Part shown: one piece after another, positions 47,841 to 62,014 of the stretch | Position numbering within the stretch: the first letter of the stretch is position 1 | How the letters are laid out: each line of letters opens with the position of its first letter | Origin: Isurus oxyrinchus | Taxonomy: Eukaryota | Reading direction: 5' to 3' | Length of the DNA: 64,000 nucleotides | Assembly (NCBI GenBank): GCA_026770705.1 | Contig: JANJGN010000301.1 | Coordinates: 310,001 to 374,000, forward strand | Position numbers and translations under genes: made by a program | The notes under the pieces: model-generated | What the model was told of the DNA's origin: nothing | Database searches by the model: none | The model's input: the letters and a program-made list of their open reading frames with translations, nothing else

Positions 47841-48725
47841 TGTTATTGGAAATTATTTTGAAATGAAATAATTGTGGGATGTGTCTATGTGTCTGCATGT
47901 GTCTGTGTTTGAGAGAGAGAAACTTAATTGAATCAGAGGAAACGAGTCTTGGTGCTTTGTTGTAAGAAGAGAAGTTAGGTTTGAAATGTTAATTAGGTGA
48001 ACGTGGGGAAGTTTAGATCCATAAGTGTCAAGGGATATTTGCTTTTTAAAATTACCAGAATAGATTGTTTTCAAAAGAGGGTGTTAAGTGTACCACCTAG
48101 TCAGGTGAAGTTTAGTAAGAGTGTATTTATTTATTCCCAAAGATTACTGTTAAAACTTAGTGCTATGAGAGGTTTTTATTTTCAGAAAGATAAAGTCCAA
48201 AGTCATAGTGAAACAATGGGAGTTTTCATTCAAAGGGGCAAATATGCATTAAAGAGCAAATGTTGTGTGTAAGGTTAGGCATTTTGAGATTTAACAAGGG
48301 TGAAAAGCCTTCAGCATCTATGCCTCAAACTGCTCTCTCCAGTGGACTGAAGCTAAAAAAAACTCACTTTGAATTCAACTTGTTCAGTGTGTCATGTTTC
48401 TTTGCCTGGGTCTTTTAAAATCTTTGTGCCTTATTGTTGCCTTAACAAAAGTGTCGCTTGGAGTTAGAACGATTAGGGAAGTTAAGAGTTATCATAGTAG
48501 TAATGTGTAGATCTATGTATGCATTTAAGAAAATTTCTTCTATTAATACATATTTATTCTAGTTTTGTAAAAAAAAAGCTATTGGACTTGATGGCCTTAT
48601 TAATACTGAATTCAAGGGATGCATCTTGAAATTTATACAAACTGCAAAACAAGTTGCAGCAATTGTTTCAAGTTTCCCTTTGGGATTTGAATAATTCATC
48701 ATTTGCCATCGGCAGTGCCATAACA
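47841..48725. mobile_element. Possible solo LTR
   Basis: Inverted termini TGTTAT...ATAACA; no convincing TSD. Confidence 0.3.
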
Positions 48726-49599
48726 GCATCCAAATAAAATTTCAATATTGACTTCTGTATAATCCAGCCCAGGCAGAGGTGCGTTCAAGTTTCACTGATA
48801 GGCATTAGTTTGAGCCATAGGTCAGATACTGACATTTGACCATCGAGGGCCAGGGGACAAATGCATCACAAACAGATGTGATAAATGTTTCCAGCCTCTT
48901 CTGGTCCAGCATCCCCGTCCTGCATTGTATTAGCTTTCAGCGCACGTTTAAATTTCCATGCTATGATACATTTCCATCGTGCAAACACGAACTGCAAACA
49001 AGCATTGATCGTCCATGGCAACCAATCAGCAATCATTCACTCCTAAGCATTTTTTTCTTACCTTTGATGTTTGTGATCTCCAAAGTAATATCGAACTCTC
49101 TGCATCTTTCTGGATATCTTTCGATCTGGCCATCTCTCCTGTAATCCATAGGCATCTATCAATCTATTCTCACTACCTGTCTTTGCATCAACGTTTTTCT
49201 GCATATTTTGTTTCTATTTATTTAAGTGTCAGCTGTCCATCTCAAAGCTAAATAATTCACCGTCGCTTATATATGTTCACACGTATCTCACTATTTAATT
49301 AAATATTTTAATGCTATCCATTTTATATCAATCAAATTATCTATCTATGAATATTTACCTATGCATCACGCTTCACGCTGCCTATCTGTGTACAAGCTGT
49401 GGCGGAGGCGGTGATGGAGAGAGATACATAGTTACACAGAGAGAAGGAGAAGGAGAAAAAGGAAGAGAGAGGGAGAGGTGGTTGGATGGTGGAGAGATTG
49501 AGTGAGTGAGAGAGAGAAAAAGAGAGACAGAGACAGAGAGGTGGAGTGAGAGAGCGAGAGATAATAGGAGGACAAGAAGTGTAAATTTTAAAGAAATGT

Positions 49600-50005
49600 C
49601 TGTCAGGCGTCCAGAGTCTTTAATAATATGACTAGCTTCAGGGAGGAGGTAGCGATAGAGGTTTGAAACTCAGGTTGTATTGATATCTGATCTACTGCAG
49701 GATCAGGGCAAAATAATGTAATAATGTAATGAGTGGGACGGGGGTGAGCGGAAGAGGGCAGGAAGATTGAATCTCATGTTGTTCTGACGCCTTATTTACT
49801 GCAGGACCAGGCCAAGAGTCTCTAATAATGTTATGAGTGAGACGGGGGTGAGTGGAAGAGGGCAAGAGAATTGAATCTCATGTTGTTCTGACGCCTTATT
49901 TACTGCAGGACCAGGCCAAGAGTCTCTAATAATGTTATGAGTGAGACGGGGGCAGAGGGCTCGAGGATTGAATCTCAGATTGTACTGACGCCTTGTCAAC
50001 TGCTG
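49600..50005 (+). repeat. 104-bp tandem repeat, about 3-4 copies
   Basis: tactgcagga recurs at 49693, 49797 and 49901. Confidence 0.88.
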
Positions 50006-53000
50006 GATGGAACTGGGGTCCTGCATTTGTATTAGCGCAGGAGGGATCTTTGCCAATGGGGCATCTCATTATGTAGTGACATTTGGTCTACCATAGAGTG
50101 AATTAGTCCCGATCTCTCTCTTTCTCTGTAGTCCAGTAAATGTGCTATTTGCAAGGAATAAGTTCAGTTTTAAAAGTTACTCTTCAGTCTGCTTCCAACT
50201 CTCCCAGATAGTGCATTGTACAAGTCGATGCCTCAGAGCTGCCTCTTACTGGAAAAGTTTTGTTTTTTTGCTCACTTTCATATTCACATTCCTTTGGGTG
50301 TTGAGCCTCCACCACCGTTAAAACTACGATGTTTATAATTGCTCTATCAATCCCCTGTGCAATTTTAAAGGCTATCAATGTGGCAGGCTTGACTCAGTGG
50401 TAAGTCCCGGGCCTCTGACGACAGAGGGTGGATTATTCATGCCCCATGCCAGGGATTTGAGCATGCGATCCCAGTGCAGCAGTAAGATTAGTATGGAACC
50501 CCAGTGTAGCACTAGGGTACTGCTGGACTCTCAGAGAAGCTGCATTGAAAGGCTGAGAGAGTTGATGCCCCAGCAGGGTCAAGGACAGAATATATTCGGC
50601 TAAAGCTTACAAACGATAAATTTACCATTACATCGCTTGCTGTATGCGATAGGCTGCCCAGTATTTGGAAAGTTAAAAAGAAAAAGTTTACAATTCAATT
50701 ACAGAGAACGGGAAGGATAATAGAGTAGTTTACAATTGCCGAATATAGCCTGTTTGTGCCGCTACTTCACCAACAGTATTTATTACCAGGAGGGGTGTTT
50801 CCAACAAAATGCTCCCGCCATCAATAAGCCTGCCTCCTTTCACAACCATAGCAATATCCGTCTCGTCCACAGTCTCAGCTCATCTGCTGATGGAACGCCA
50901 TCCATGCTTTTGCTAATTAACGCTTTGACTACTGCAACGTGTCCCTGGCCGGTTTCCCACGTTCTGCCCTCCATAAACTTGGTCTCATCCAACACTCTGC
51001 CTGCTGCCCAAGCCCCTACTCCCACCAAGTCTCAGTCATCCAACGTCCCTTGTGCTTGCAAACCTACATTGACTCTCGGTTGAGCAGCACCTCAATATGA
51101 GAATTCGCATCTTTATTTTTAAATTTCTATATGAATTCGTCTCTCTCTACGTCTGTAACTCCCTCTATTCCTCATGCACTTGCAAATATCTGCACTCTTG
51201 CCAACCTGACAATTTGCACGTTCCACATTTTAATCACTCCACCATCAGTGACTGCGACTTCAGCTGCCAAGACAATGAACTATACAATTCCCTTCCCCTC
51301 TACCTCTCTTTCCCCTCCTTCAGAGGCTTCTTGAAGCCTAACCCTTTGATTAAACGTTTTACTTTCTGCAAGGATATTTTCTTATTTAACTCGCTATTAA
51401 ATTTGGTGTGATAACACTCACGTGAAAAATGTTGGATATATTGCGACTCTGAAGACGCTGTATAAATGTTCATTTTTGAGAGACAATACATCAGTTCCTG
51501 TTGGTTTGTGTTCATACATTTTAACTTCTCTTTGGCAAAAGAAAAGACAGGGATAATCGGTTTCACATTAAGATATAGGATTTATTGGCTATGGATCTTA
51601 TAATTATAACTACAACATTCACAGACTCGAATAGCATTTCACAGTAAATTCCAACAGCCCATGAAACAAACAGACAATAAAAATTAGCATCTATGTTGAC
51701 AAACCAGTCGCGTTTCCCCCTGAAGAAGCAACTAATTAATGGATCATTATATTTGGACAAATGCAAGTGTCTATATGGAGAAACTGGGACATCAACCAAC
51801 AGCAGATAGATAATAAGCGGCACAAGTTCCAATCTAATCCTTACGCCCTATATTTATTTCCATTATGCCTGCCTTAATTGCAAACAAATCTCACTGGCCA
51901 CTCTATTCCCTTGGGCGATTATTAATTCCAATCTTATTCTACTACACATTCTCCCCCTCCAGCACTGCATTAATTGGAACTAAACACATCCAATATTCTA
52001 TCTTCATCGCCATGTATTAATAAGAAAGCAATCTCACAGGTCACTCTATACCATGGCCCTATAGTTATCTCACAATAAGTCGCAGGTGGGATCACCACCA
52101 ACTGGAAGTTCCCCTCTAAGCCACTCACCATCCTTACTTGGAAGTATATGGCCGTTCCTTCACTGTCGATGGACCAAAATCCAGCATTTATTTCCCATCT
52201 CTAGTTGCCCTTGAGAAGCTGGTGGTGAGCTGCCTTCTTGAACCGCTGCAGCAACAGTAAAGGAGCGGCGATATGTTTCCAAGCCAGGGAGTTGAGTATC
52301 TTGGAGGGGAATTTCTAGGTGGTGGTGTTTCCATCTATCAGCTGCCCTTGTCTTTCTAGATGGCAGTAGTTGTGGGTTTGGGAGGTGCTGCCTAAGGAGC
52401 CTTTGTGAATCCCTACAGTTCATCTTGTAGATGGTGCACACTGCAGCTACTGTGGTGGTGCAGTGAGTCAATGTTTGTGGATGTGGTGCCAATCAAGCGG
52501 GGCCGTTTTGTCCTGGACGATGTCAAGCTCCTTAAGTGTTTTGGAAGCTGCACCTATCCAGGCAAGTGGGGAATATTCCGTCACTCCTGAGTTGTGCCAT
52601 GTAGTTGGTGGACAGGCTTTGGGGTGCTTTCCGAAAACAAATTTGGATTTTGAAAATTAACGTTTTGTTCCACTCTCTCGACATAGCCCAGCATCAATTT
52701 TAAAATAAACTCACTCTATATCAAATCCCGTAGCCCGATGTTAACACAAAACTACTCTGAGGGCTCCCTCCCTGCCTATCAGCAATGGTCAATCCCGAAA
52801 TTAGCAAAAATGAGCCTCATAATTTGTTTCCCTCTTTTTGATTCTCCCGCCAGTTGCCGCAGGGCCAGTCTGGCAGATATGTCATTCAGAACTCGGCAAG
52901 CTCAGTCAGTAGCGCTGCTGCCATCAGCCTTGGTCAGGGACACTGAAGACCACCACCCGAGTAATTCCTATGTCGTTGTGTCTCTCAGTGCTTCTTCCAA

Positions 53001-53349
53001 GTGGTGTTGAACACAAGGGGACATCGATTCACCAGTCGATAAAAGGACGTTTCGTAATCATCAATAAAAGGCTTCCTTAACCTCCCTGCAATATATCAGT
53101 GTGCCACAATCTCTGGGGCAGTTTAGCTTGTCAGCGGGATAAAACATGCCCCGGAATGATGATGGAGGAGTCTGTAAGCATGGTCCATGAGTATGATTAT
53201 GTTAGTCTGTTGCTTGACGTTTCGGTGGGGCAGCTGTCCCAATTTTGTCACGAGCCCCCAGACAGTATAGAGGAGGCCATTGCACTGTCGAATGGGCAGG
53301 GTTTGCTTTTGTCGTTTCTGGTGCCTAGGTCGATATCATGCTTCATTCC

Positions 53350-53680
53350 TTTTGAACTTTCTGCAGCGGTTTGGTACAACTGAGTGGTTTGTTGATGAAT
53401 TTCCTTGGGCAACTGAAAGTCACCCACATTGCTCTGGGGTTGGAATCACATGTAGCTCAGACAAGGTAAGGGCGGCAAATTCCCTTCCTTAAGGAATATC
53501 AGTGAACCAGATGATTTTTTTGAACCACAATCCGATCGGTTTCATGGCCATCATTAATGAGATTTGCTTTTGAGCCCAGCTTTAAGAATTATTTGAATTT
53601 AAATGCTTCCAGTCGCTGTGGACGGATTTGAACTCAGGTCCCAGGAGTATTAATCAGGACGAGTGGATTAGTAGTCCAAA
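53350..53680 (-). mobile_element. tRNA-derived SINE
   Basis: Reverse complement of the 14.0-kb SINE core and B-box. Confidence 0.65.
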
Positions 53681-53727
53681 AATATTGGCTCATTTCAATA
53701 TGGGCTCTGCAGTCCCTGCACCATGTG

Positions 53728-54854
53728 TTACTGGCGTGCTCTACAGCAACCTGCCTTCCATTGAAAATTTTTGGACCTGAAAATGTAGAGCAGGGGATTG
53801 AGGGCGGTAATCAGAAAACTGATGGCCCAGGTATACGGACGAACATTACAAATGTACCACCTTACGGTTTACTTTGTGGGATCCAGTAGGCTCTTCAGAA
53901 TAAAAGACATTTCAGTGACGTGATATGGGGAACACAGATAAGCAGAAGAGCCAAAATCGCCCAAATGGTTCTCTGCACTTTCTTCTTCATCATTTCCATA
54001 GATTCCTTCCCAGTTCCCACTTCACTCAGTTTATTTGCACTCAGGGCATAGCAGGTCAAAAGGATTAGGATTGGGATGAAAAACACCACCATTTCTGGGC
54101 ATGGTTTAAGGACCAGGTTCTGCTCCCAGGCTGAAACCTGAGCACTGCATGTAATTGAGTTGTCCAACTGGCCTCTTGCAAGGAAAAAGACAACCAAGTT
54201 CAGGATTAACATAGTCAGCCAAGCTGCTACTGACGGAAAAACGTAATATTTCGGCTTTCTCCAGGCATGAAACTTGATGGGGTGAATAACAGTGATGTAC
54301 TGGTCAACAGCAATGCAGGTCATGAAGACCGGGCTGCCGTAAAAGCTGAATATGTTCGTGCTAACGATGAAATAATCAACTAGTTGTACTGAAATAAATG
54401 ATTGCATAATATTCAGAATGGCAATCGCAGATATCACAATTATAAAAATGTTCATGATGATTAAGTCCAGATGGAGGACATCAGTGGGCGATAAGATTTT
54501 CTTTCCTTTGATATGCCACAGTGCAACAGAGTTCGCAGTGATACCCAATAGGAAGCATGGGCCGAGAAATTTGGTAATGACAAGCACATGGATCATGAAA
54601 GTGAAATCCTCGACGTTGCCCATCGAGGCTCCAAGGCTAGTATTTCCATTCTGAGTGGTTGAGTTGATCTCCAACAAAGTTCTGGTGACGGTTACATTCC
54701 AGATCTCAAAAAGAGCCTTTGGCGTTTTGACAAAAACGCAGAACAGCCAATCAAAAAACGTAGAGTAACTTCCAGCAGATATTGCCCAATCAAGATTTAG
54801 ACTGCAGTCTCGGCTTATTGGGTTTTGAAGGAATAAACTGAGTCTCAATATCAT
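53728..54854 (-). pseudogene. Single-exon class A GPCR (P2Y/LPA/PAR-like delta group), disrupted in TM6/ECL3
   Basis: TM1 GITANSVAL, TM3 FYGSPVFMTCIAVDQY, TM5 FFIPILILLTCY. Frameshift at ~53930, then PYHVTE...PTK*...ALNPLLYIFRS...CCRARQ*. Confidence 0.85.
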
Positions 54855-55114
54855 TAATCCTCTCTCAGTGGTTCAGTTCGCGTGAAGATCCCATCTGAAA
54901 ACAGTGGAAACCAATAGTGCCAAGCGATTCCTGTGGCAACTGGATGCAGGATTCCAAAGATGGTGAAGGACTCAGAAGCCTGAAAATTGGCAGATATGCA
55001 GAAAGTTGTTGACTTGTGAAATTTTCTGTATTGCGAATATGAGAACGTTGGATAAATCCATCAATGTCTTTCAGTGAACCTCCTTCATGGATATATCTGC
55101 CTATTATCTATCCA

Positions 55115-55552
55115 TTGGGGTTTAGAAGAATGAGTGGTGAACTCATTGAAATATATAACATTTCAAGGGCACTTGACAGGGTTGATGCCTGGAGGGTGTT
55201 TCCTCTTGTGGGAGAGACTAAAACGAGGGGACATAGTTTAAAAAACTATGAGATGTACCTTTTAAGACAGAGATGAAGACATTACTTTTCTCCCTGAGGT
55301 TCGTTAGTTTGTGGAATTCTCTTCTTGAGAAAGTAGTAGATGCTGCATCTTTAAATTTATTCGAGGCTGAGTTAGATAGATTTTTGATCCACAAGACAGT
55401 CAAGAGCTATGGGCGGAAAACAGGAAGGTGGAGCAGACAGGAAGATGGAGCTGACAGCACAACCAGATCTGCCAGGATCATATTGACTGGCGGAGCAAGC
55501 TCGAAGGGCCAAATCTCCAGCTCCTGCTCCTAAGTCATATGTTCCTATGTTC
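55115..55552 (+). mobile_element. CR1-type LINE 3' fragment
   Basis: GFRRMSGELIEIYNI...; tail tatgttcctatgttcc. Confidence 0.75.
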
Positions 55553-56286
55553 CCATTAACTGCACTATCGATGGCCACACCCTCAGACAGATGTTGTGTA
55601 GTGAAAGGTGCATCGCAGAGAGATATCTGTGCGTTGAAACAGGTCTTTCGTTGCTGCAACACTGACCTTTACATAAATATATATATATATATATACACAC
55701 ATTTCCTATGAATTATCTGTCTTTTTATTCCCTTGGTATTCCTTCTTTTCTTCACACTCACCACGTTACTGTCACTCTTCTTGTCTCCTCAGAATCATAG
55801 TAGCTGCGAATCTAAATGTTTAACAACTGCTCATGGAGATGGGCATCGCTGTGGAAAAATCAGAAATTTAATCCAAAAGCTCAATCTAGTGTAGAATCTG
55901 TCACTGCCATGTGTATGTCTATATATAACATGTATTTTCCTTGCTCCACCTTTCTCTTTGTTTCCCTATCTTTCTTCCCTCGCTCGCCGTGTGTTGAGCT
56001 CTCTATCTCACTTTCTCCACTTCCCTGTCTCTAAAATTTCTCTCCTCGCCTTAATTCTATTCTATCTTCTTGTTCATTCAATTTTTTACTTCATCTATTT
56101 CTTGGGCTTTGCGTGTGCCTCTCTTGTCCCCTCTCTGCACTTCATTCTCTGCGTCTTGCTCACTAAAAATTGTTAATTTGTCCCTTGTTATCCCTCCCTA
56201 CTCTCTAACTTTCTGTCTCTTTCTCGCTGTCTCTGTCCCTCTCTCCTTCTCCCTGTCTCTCACAGTCTCTCTCCCTCTGTCTCTCT

Positions 56287-56343
<57 letters not shown>

Positions 56344-57775
56344 ATATAAAAATATGCATATTTGTTTTTTTCTGACTACACTGTGTTCACTTTTTTCAGA
56401 CACTCTTTTTGTCATGAAATTATTTCCCGCTCACTCTCTGTGTGTGATTTTTTCACCTTCCTCTGATTAACGGCCAAGTGGTGAATTTTCATTTTCAGTC
56501 TGTATACCTTGCTCTGTCAACACGGGTTTCCCTTTTACACCATTAATCATTTTGCCCGACATGATGTCAAATTCTTCAATTTTGCTAAATATTAACCGAG
56601 AGACCAGAGCTCACCAAGACATAACTGATAACATCAACAATCCCGTGCACTTTCAGCTTCCTTTCCCACAATCTATCCACTCATCGATCCTCTCTAATCA
56701 CACATTTTCGTTCCCTGCTCCACGCATTCTGGACTCTCAGCCATTTTAGCCAAGCCATGCTCCCTGCTTATCAATGTCCGCTCTCCGCTCGCCCATGTCT
56801 GCATTCCTCGCAACCATCCCCGCTTTAGTTCACAGATCTGCATTCTGCTTATCCGCTTCGGCTCATTCATCTCCGCTTTCCGTTTGCCCACACAACCGCT
56901 CTGCTCAGGAATCCCTCACTCACCCTGCTCTTGAACCACCCATCCCCTTTCTCTATCATTGGCAGGGACATTTGACCGCGCCAGCACGGACCCTGCCTTT
57001 TAACCTGCTGAAAGCGGCACTCAATTTCCGCTTCTTCTTAATCGCTGAGTGCTGGAAAGACGCGTTTCTCCTCTCTTGCACATCGACTGTGCTGGAGCCG
57101 GGGAATGTCCAAGTGGACTTCCAAATTAACCTGTTACTGGTGTAGCCAATCAGTTTGAGTGCAAGCAGAAAGTGAGAGGCTTCAAGCAATCCTTCAGACA
57201 ACTTGCAAAAGGTGCAAGCAGCTGTTGGGATTCGCTGTCTTTTACAGCTCCTGATCTGAAGTTGGTGCAATCACTCTACTCGTCTATGACATGAGAGTAT
57301 CAGGCTCCTCCCCGCTCTCAATTGGAAAGGATTGCTAATCTCCACCTCAATGTAAATCTATTATTGTGGAACTGGTGGCATATTGTCAACTCACCCCTGG
57401 GACTAGAGTTTTAACCCGGCTGTGGACAGAGGGGATGGAGTTCTCCTCTCTCTCCTGCTTGACTGCTTTGGTTAGAGAGACAGGCAACGACTTTACACCC
57501 TCTTCGCCCTAGGGTCAGCTGAGATTCCCGCCACCTTGCCTCCTGCCGTTTGCTCTATTGCAGGCCCTGTAGCACATAAGCTGTCATTATGCAATAGAAT
57601 TCCCAAGAATGGCGGGCCACCTAATCCTATTACATTGTTCGAGACTCTGATGTCCTGTCTCACCGTTCAACATATCAGGTGTTACTCCACACTGGGATTT
57701 CTAAACCCTTCTGGTGACACTCAGACTTTTGTATGTTCTCCACAAGAACTGCAAACAGAACTGTTTGACCATTGA

Positions 57776-58072
57776 GGGGAGATAGTGGCACAGTTGTATT
57801 ATGACTTGGCTAGTATTCCAGTAAACCCAGAATGGTGCGCTGGGACTCAGGTTCGTATCCCACCACAATTGATAATAGAATGAAAAGTCTGATTTTGACC
57901 ACGTGCTATGCCTGGTTCATTAATGTCCTCTCCACAGGAAAATCTGCTGCACTTACGAGGGCTAGCTTACATATGATTTCAAATTCATGGCAACATCGTT
58001 GACTCTTAAATGCCCCCTGGGCAATTTGTGATGGCTAATAATTGGTGGTTCTTGCATCCCATGAGTAAAAAA
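57776..58072 (+). mobile_element. tRNA-derived SINE
   Basis: ggggagatagtggcacagtt...GGTTCGTATCC...ctggttcattaatgtcc. Confidence 0.65.
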
Positions 58073-59321
58073 TCTCAAAGTGACTGGGTGCCCTTGATTA
58101 CTTTTCTAATTAGCATACCATTTTTAAAAAATTGTTCACGGGATCTGGATGCCACTAACTAGGCCAGCATTCATTGCCCATCCCAAACTACCCTTGAGAA
58201 GGTGGTGGTGAGCTGCCTTCTTTAACCGCTACACTCCCTGTGATATAGACACTCCCATATAGCTGTTAAGAATGGGATTTTGATCCAGTGACAGTGAAGG
58301 AACAGCGATACACCTTCAAGTCAGGACGGTGTACGGCTTGAAGTGAAACATGTACGTGCTTCTATTGTCCTTCTGAGTGGCAGGTTTGGAAGGTGCTGTA
58401 GCCAGAGTCTTGAGATCTGTTGCAATTCATCTTATAGAAGGTACACACAGTTGCCACTGTGCTTTGATGGTGGAGAATGTGAATTTTTAAAAGTGTGATA
58501 GTTGAGGTGCCAATCAAGCAGACTGCCTTGTCAAGGGTGGTGTTGAAATTCTTGAGTGCTGTTGGAGCAGCATTCATCCAGGCAAGTGGGGAGTATTCCG
58601 TCAGACTCCAGACTTGTGCATTGTAGATGGTCGACAGGCCTTGTGGAGTCAGGAGGTGAGTTACTCACTGCTGAAATCCCAGCCTCTTACCTACTATTGT
58701 AGCTACAGTATTTATGAGACTGGTGCACTCCAGCTCCTGATAAATTTGTCCTTCATCTATTTATCTCTTCCTCCTGCTTTCTATACAAATTGTTTTAGAT
58801 AGAATTACGAACTTCAAAATAGACAGAGCGTATAGCTACCCGAAAGCCCTCCATATCTATAGCTCAGTGCAGTTGGAGTGTTAACTGGTGGAACTCTACG
58901 CTCATTATCTGTTTTAACGCAGTATTAGGAAAGCTGCTTAGTAGAATTATTGGGGATTCGACTTGGGATTGCTTGGAGATAAAGCGTTTTTTTTTACTGG
59001 ATGTGGGCATCTATTATTTTCCATCCCTAATTGCCTTTGTCAGCCTCAGCCATATGCTATGAGACTAGAGATGCAAGTAGTCCAAATTTCTTACTCTAAA
59101 GATTTAATAATGGACATTAGATGTTTAATCGGATATCAAACTCCGCCACTGGATTCGAACAGCTGTCCCTAGGATGCTAGCTCAGCGATAGTACCACTAC
59201 ACCTTTGCCTCCCCTCTCCATATTAGTGAGCGGATTGTCTAATGTGGAAATGTTAGAGAGACTGAGCTTCTTTGGCGTTTAGAATAGTGAGGGATGATTT
59301 GATTCTATATAAGTATGAAGT

Positions 59322-59858
59322 ATAAAAGCAAAAATCTGCGGATGCTGGCAGTCCAAAAGCAAAACAAAAATACCTGGAAAAACTCAGCAGGTCTGACAGC
59401 ATCTGCGTAGAGGAACACAGTTAACGTTTCGAATCCGAAACACTGTTTATCAGAACTAAGGAATAATAGAAAAGAGGTGAAATATAAGCAGGTTTAATGG
59501 GGGGAGGGGGATAGGTAGAGCTGGATTGATGTCCCGTGATAGGCGGAGATTGTCAAAAGATGTCATAGACAAAAGGACAAAGAGGTGTTGACGGTGGTGA
59601 TATCATCTAAGGAATATGCTAATGGTGACATTAAGGGTAGAAAGCAGGACGAGCAAAGTACAGATAGCCCTCGTGGGGGTGGAGTGGGGAGAAGGGATCG
59701 AAATGGGCTAAAAAGTAGAGATAAAACAATGGATGGAAATACATTTAAACATAATGGAAATAGGTGGGAAAAGAAAAATATATATAAATTATTGATTAGA
59801 AGGGGGATTGGAAAGGATCTGGACATGGAGGGGAGAGATCATGATCTAAATTTGTTGA
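59322..59858 (-). mobile_element. Penelope pseudo-LTR (diverged subfamily) inserted in a CR1 3' fragment (59.26-60.25 kb)
   Basis: Reverse complement of 41.65-42.2 kb, including the hammerhead-like agttCTGATAA...tcGAAAcgTTaact at 59419-59457. Confidence 0.85.
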
Positions 59859-62014
59859 AGGATATAAGATTCTGAATGGTATTGACGAGGTGGATGTGGG
59901 AAGTTTGTTCCCTCTGGTGGGTGAGTCCAGAACTAGGGGGCACTGATTTAAAATGAGGGGTTGCGCTTTTAGGGTAGAGATGAGGAGATTTTTTTCTCTC
60001 AGAGACTTATGTGACTTGGGAATTCTCTGCCTCCAAAGGTGGTGGACGTGGAGTTATTCATTTTTTTATGGCAGGTGTAGTTAGATTCTTGTTAGGCAAG
60101 GGAATCAAAGGTTATCGAGGGTAAATAGGAATGTGGAATTCAAAACTCAAACAGATCAGCAATGGTCTTATTGAACGATGGAGCAGGCTCGACGGGCCGA
60201 TGGGCCTGCCTCTGCTCCTAATTTGCATGTTCGTTTGTATGTTCGTATATTACGGACAGCAGCATGGCTTTATAACAACGATTATGTCTGAGGCATCGAT
60301 ACATAGTCCCCACGTTTTTCGAAACAGGTCCAAAGATACCGTGTAAGGAATGAGTCATAGACAGTATGTGCTCAGACTTCCAAAGAACACTTGATGAAAT
60401 ACCACACAAGAGATTTGTATTAAAGCCTTTGATGTTAAGGGGTGACACACTAAATTAGATTAAGTCGGCTGACAGGATATAGGTATAAATAAGTTTGGAA
60501 TAGATTTGGATCTGTTTATCATGCCCAGCCCCAGACAAAAAGCACTAATTCTCTTCTTTCTGATGGGGGAAGTTCACACCATGTAACCACAGAGGGTCTA
60601 ATTTACAAGATCAGACGGCAGTACTCACTTTGATTACCACCTCCTGACTTCCCGACATAAACCTGCTGCCCATATTCAGAGTGCAACGGGTCATCCGTCA
60701 GCACAGAACTGAGATTTCCATACTTAAAGGTGACACTGAGCAGTTTTCACGTTGTCAACACGAACTGCAAATAGAGATGGATGTCTATTCAAAGTTACTC
60801 CTGTAATGCTTATTTCATATTCATTTGCACTTCCGTCAATCTGTCTCTTTAACCTTGGACTATCCATCAGTCTGGGTAACTATCGATCTGCTGGTTGATC
60901 TATCTATTGGTGTACGGATAATGAGGTTTGATGGTGCATGAGGTAGCGTCCAATAAGCTTCGAGTTCCACTCCAGGACATGTTGGCCACGGAAGATGTAT
61001 TCGTGATGTGTCAAAACAGGTTGATTATCACCGTGTAAATCCTTCCTTCACACCTGATGGCAGGTGGTAAATGCAGGCATTATTTGTTTATATATGGACA
61101 CTTCACTGTACCTCCTTCTTCATGTAAATGTGTTAAGCCACCTTATTACCTACGTCTGTAGTTTATTTTTTAATCAACAGCAAGGCTTGATTTAAAAAAG
61201 AAACGCTATTGCGTTGGCGTAATGACCCGACCTTTATTCAGGCAAAATGCTAATCGTTGTCTTTCTAATCGACAGATAGTCATGGACACAATTCTACATT
61301 GAAATATGGTGACAGGACGTCCATTTGAAGCTACAGTAGTTCCTTGAATCTTGAAACCTTTACTCTCTCGTCGTTCTCTCTCTCTCTCTCTCTCTGTCTC
61401 CTACTCAGTTCTTCAAACCCATCAAGAACCCAGCCGATTCGTTGGAATGTCCGTGCCCTTTGCTAACATGTTACCAGACAGTAGGGGGCGTTGCAATTGT
61501 CCGTTGAATCGAGACATGGCCGGGCAGCCAGAGGATGATTTCTGGACTCAACAATCGCAACCCCTAATTAGCAAAATCCTGATAAAGACCTATCAATGTA
61601 AAATATCAGAGCAAAGTGTTAAATTGTAAGGAAAGCCTAATACATTTTCCAGAGCCACCCTTCTCCCAGCAGCTGAAGTCCTTGATAATATACAAAAGCT
61701 GTTACCACCCTGGCCTCGGGCAGGCAGAAAAATAGACCTGTCTGTCGATAAATAGAAAGATAACACGTGCATGAACATAGCAGATACGGGTTGCGAAATG
61801 GGTTCTGGATGAATGAGCTGCACACAAGATGGAATTGTTTTTGTTGTACGGTGTTTCTTTGGTTAAAATAGTTGGCCTAACTAAGGTTACTTAAGGTCTC
61901 AACGTATCCCATGCATTCTGTTCAAACATTACTGTGGAAAGTACAAAGAGTGACTTTAAACTAAAGCCGAAAGCAGATCAATATGGGGTGCACTGGGGGT
62001 GTGTTTCCAAAGCA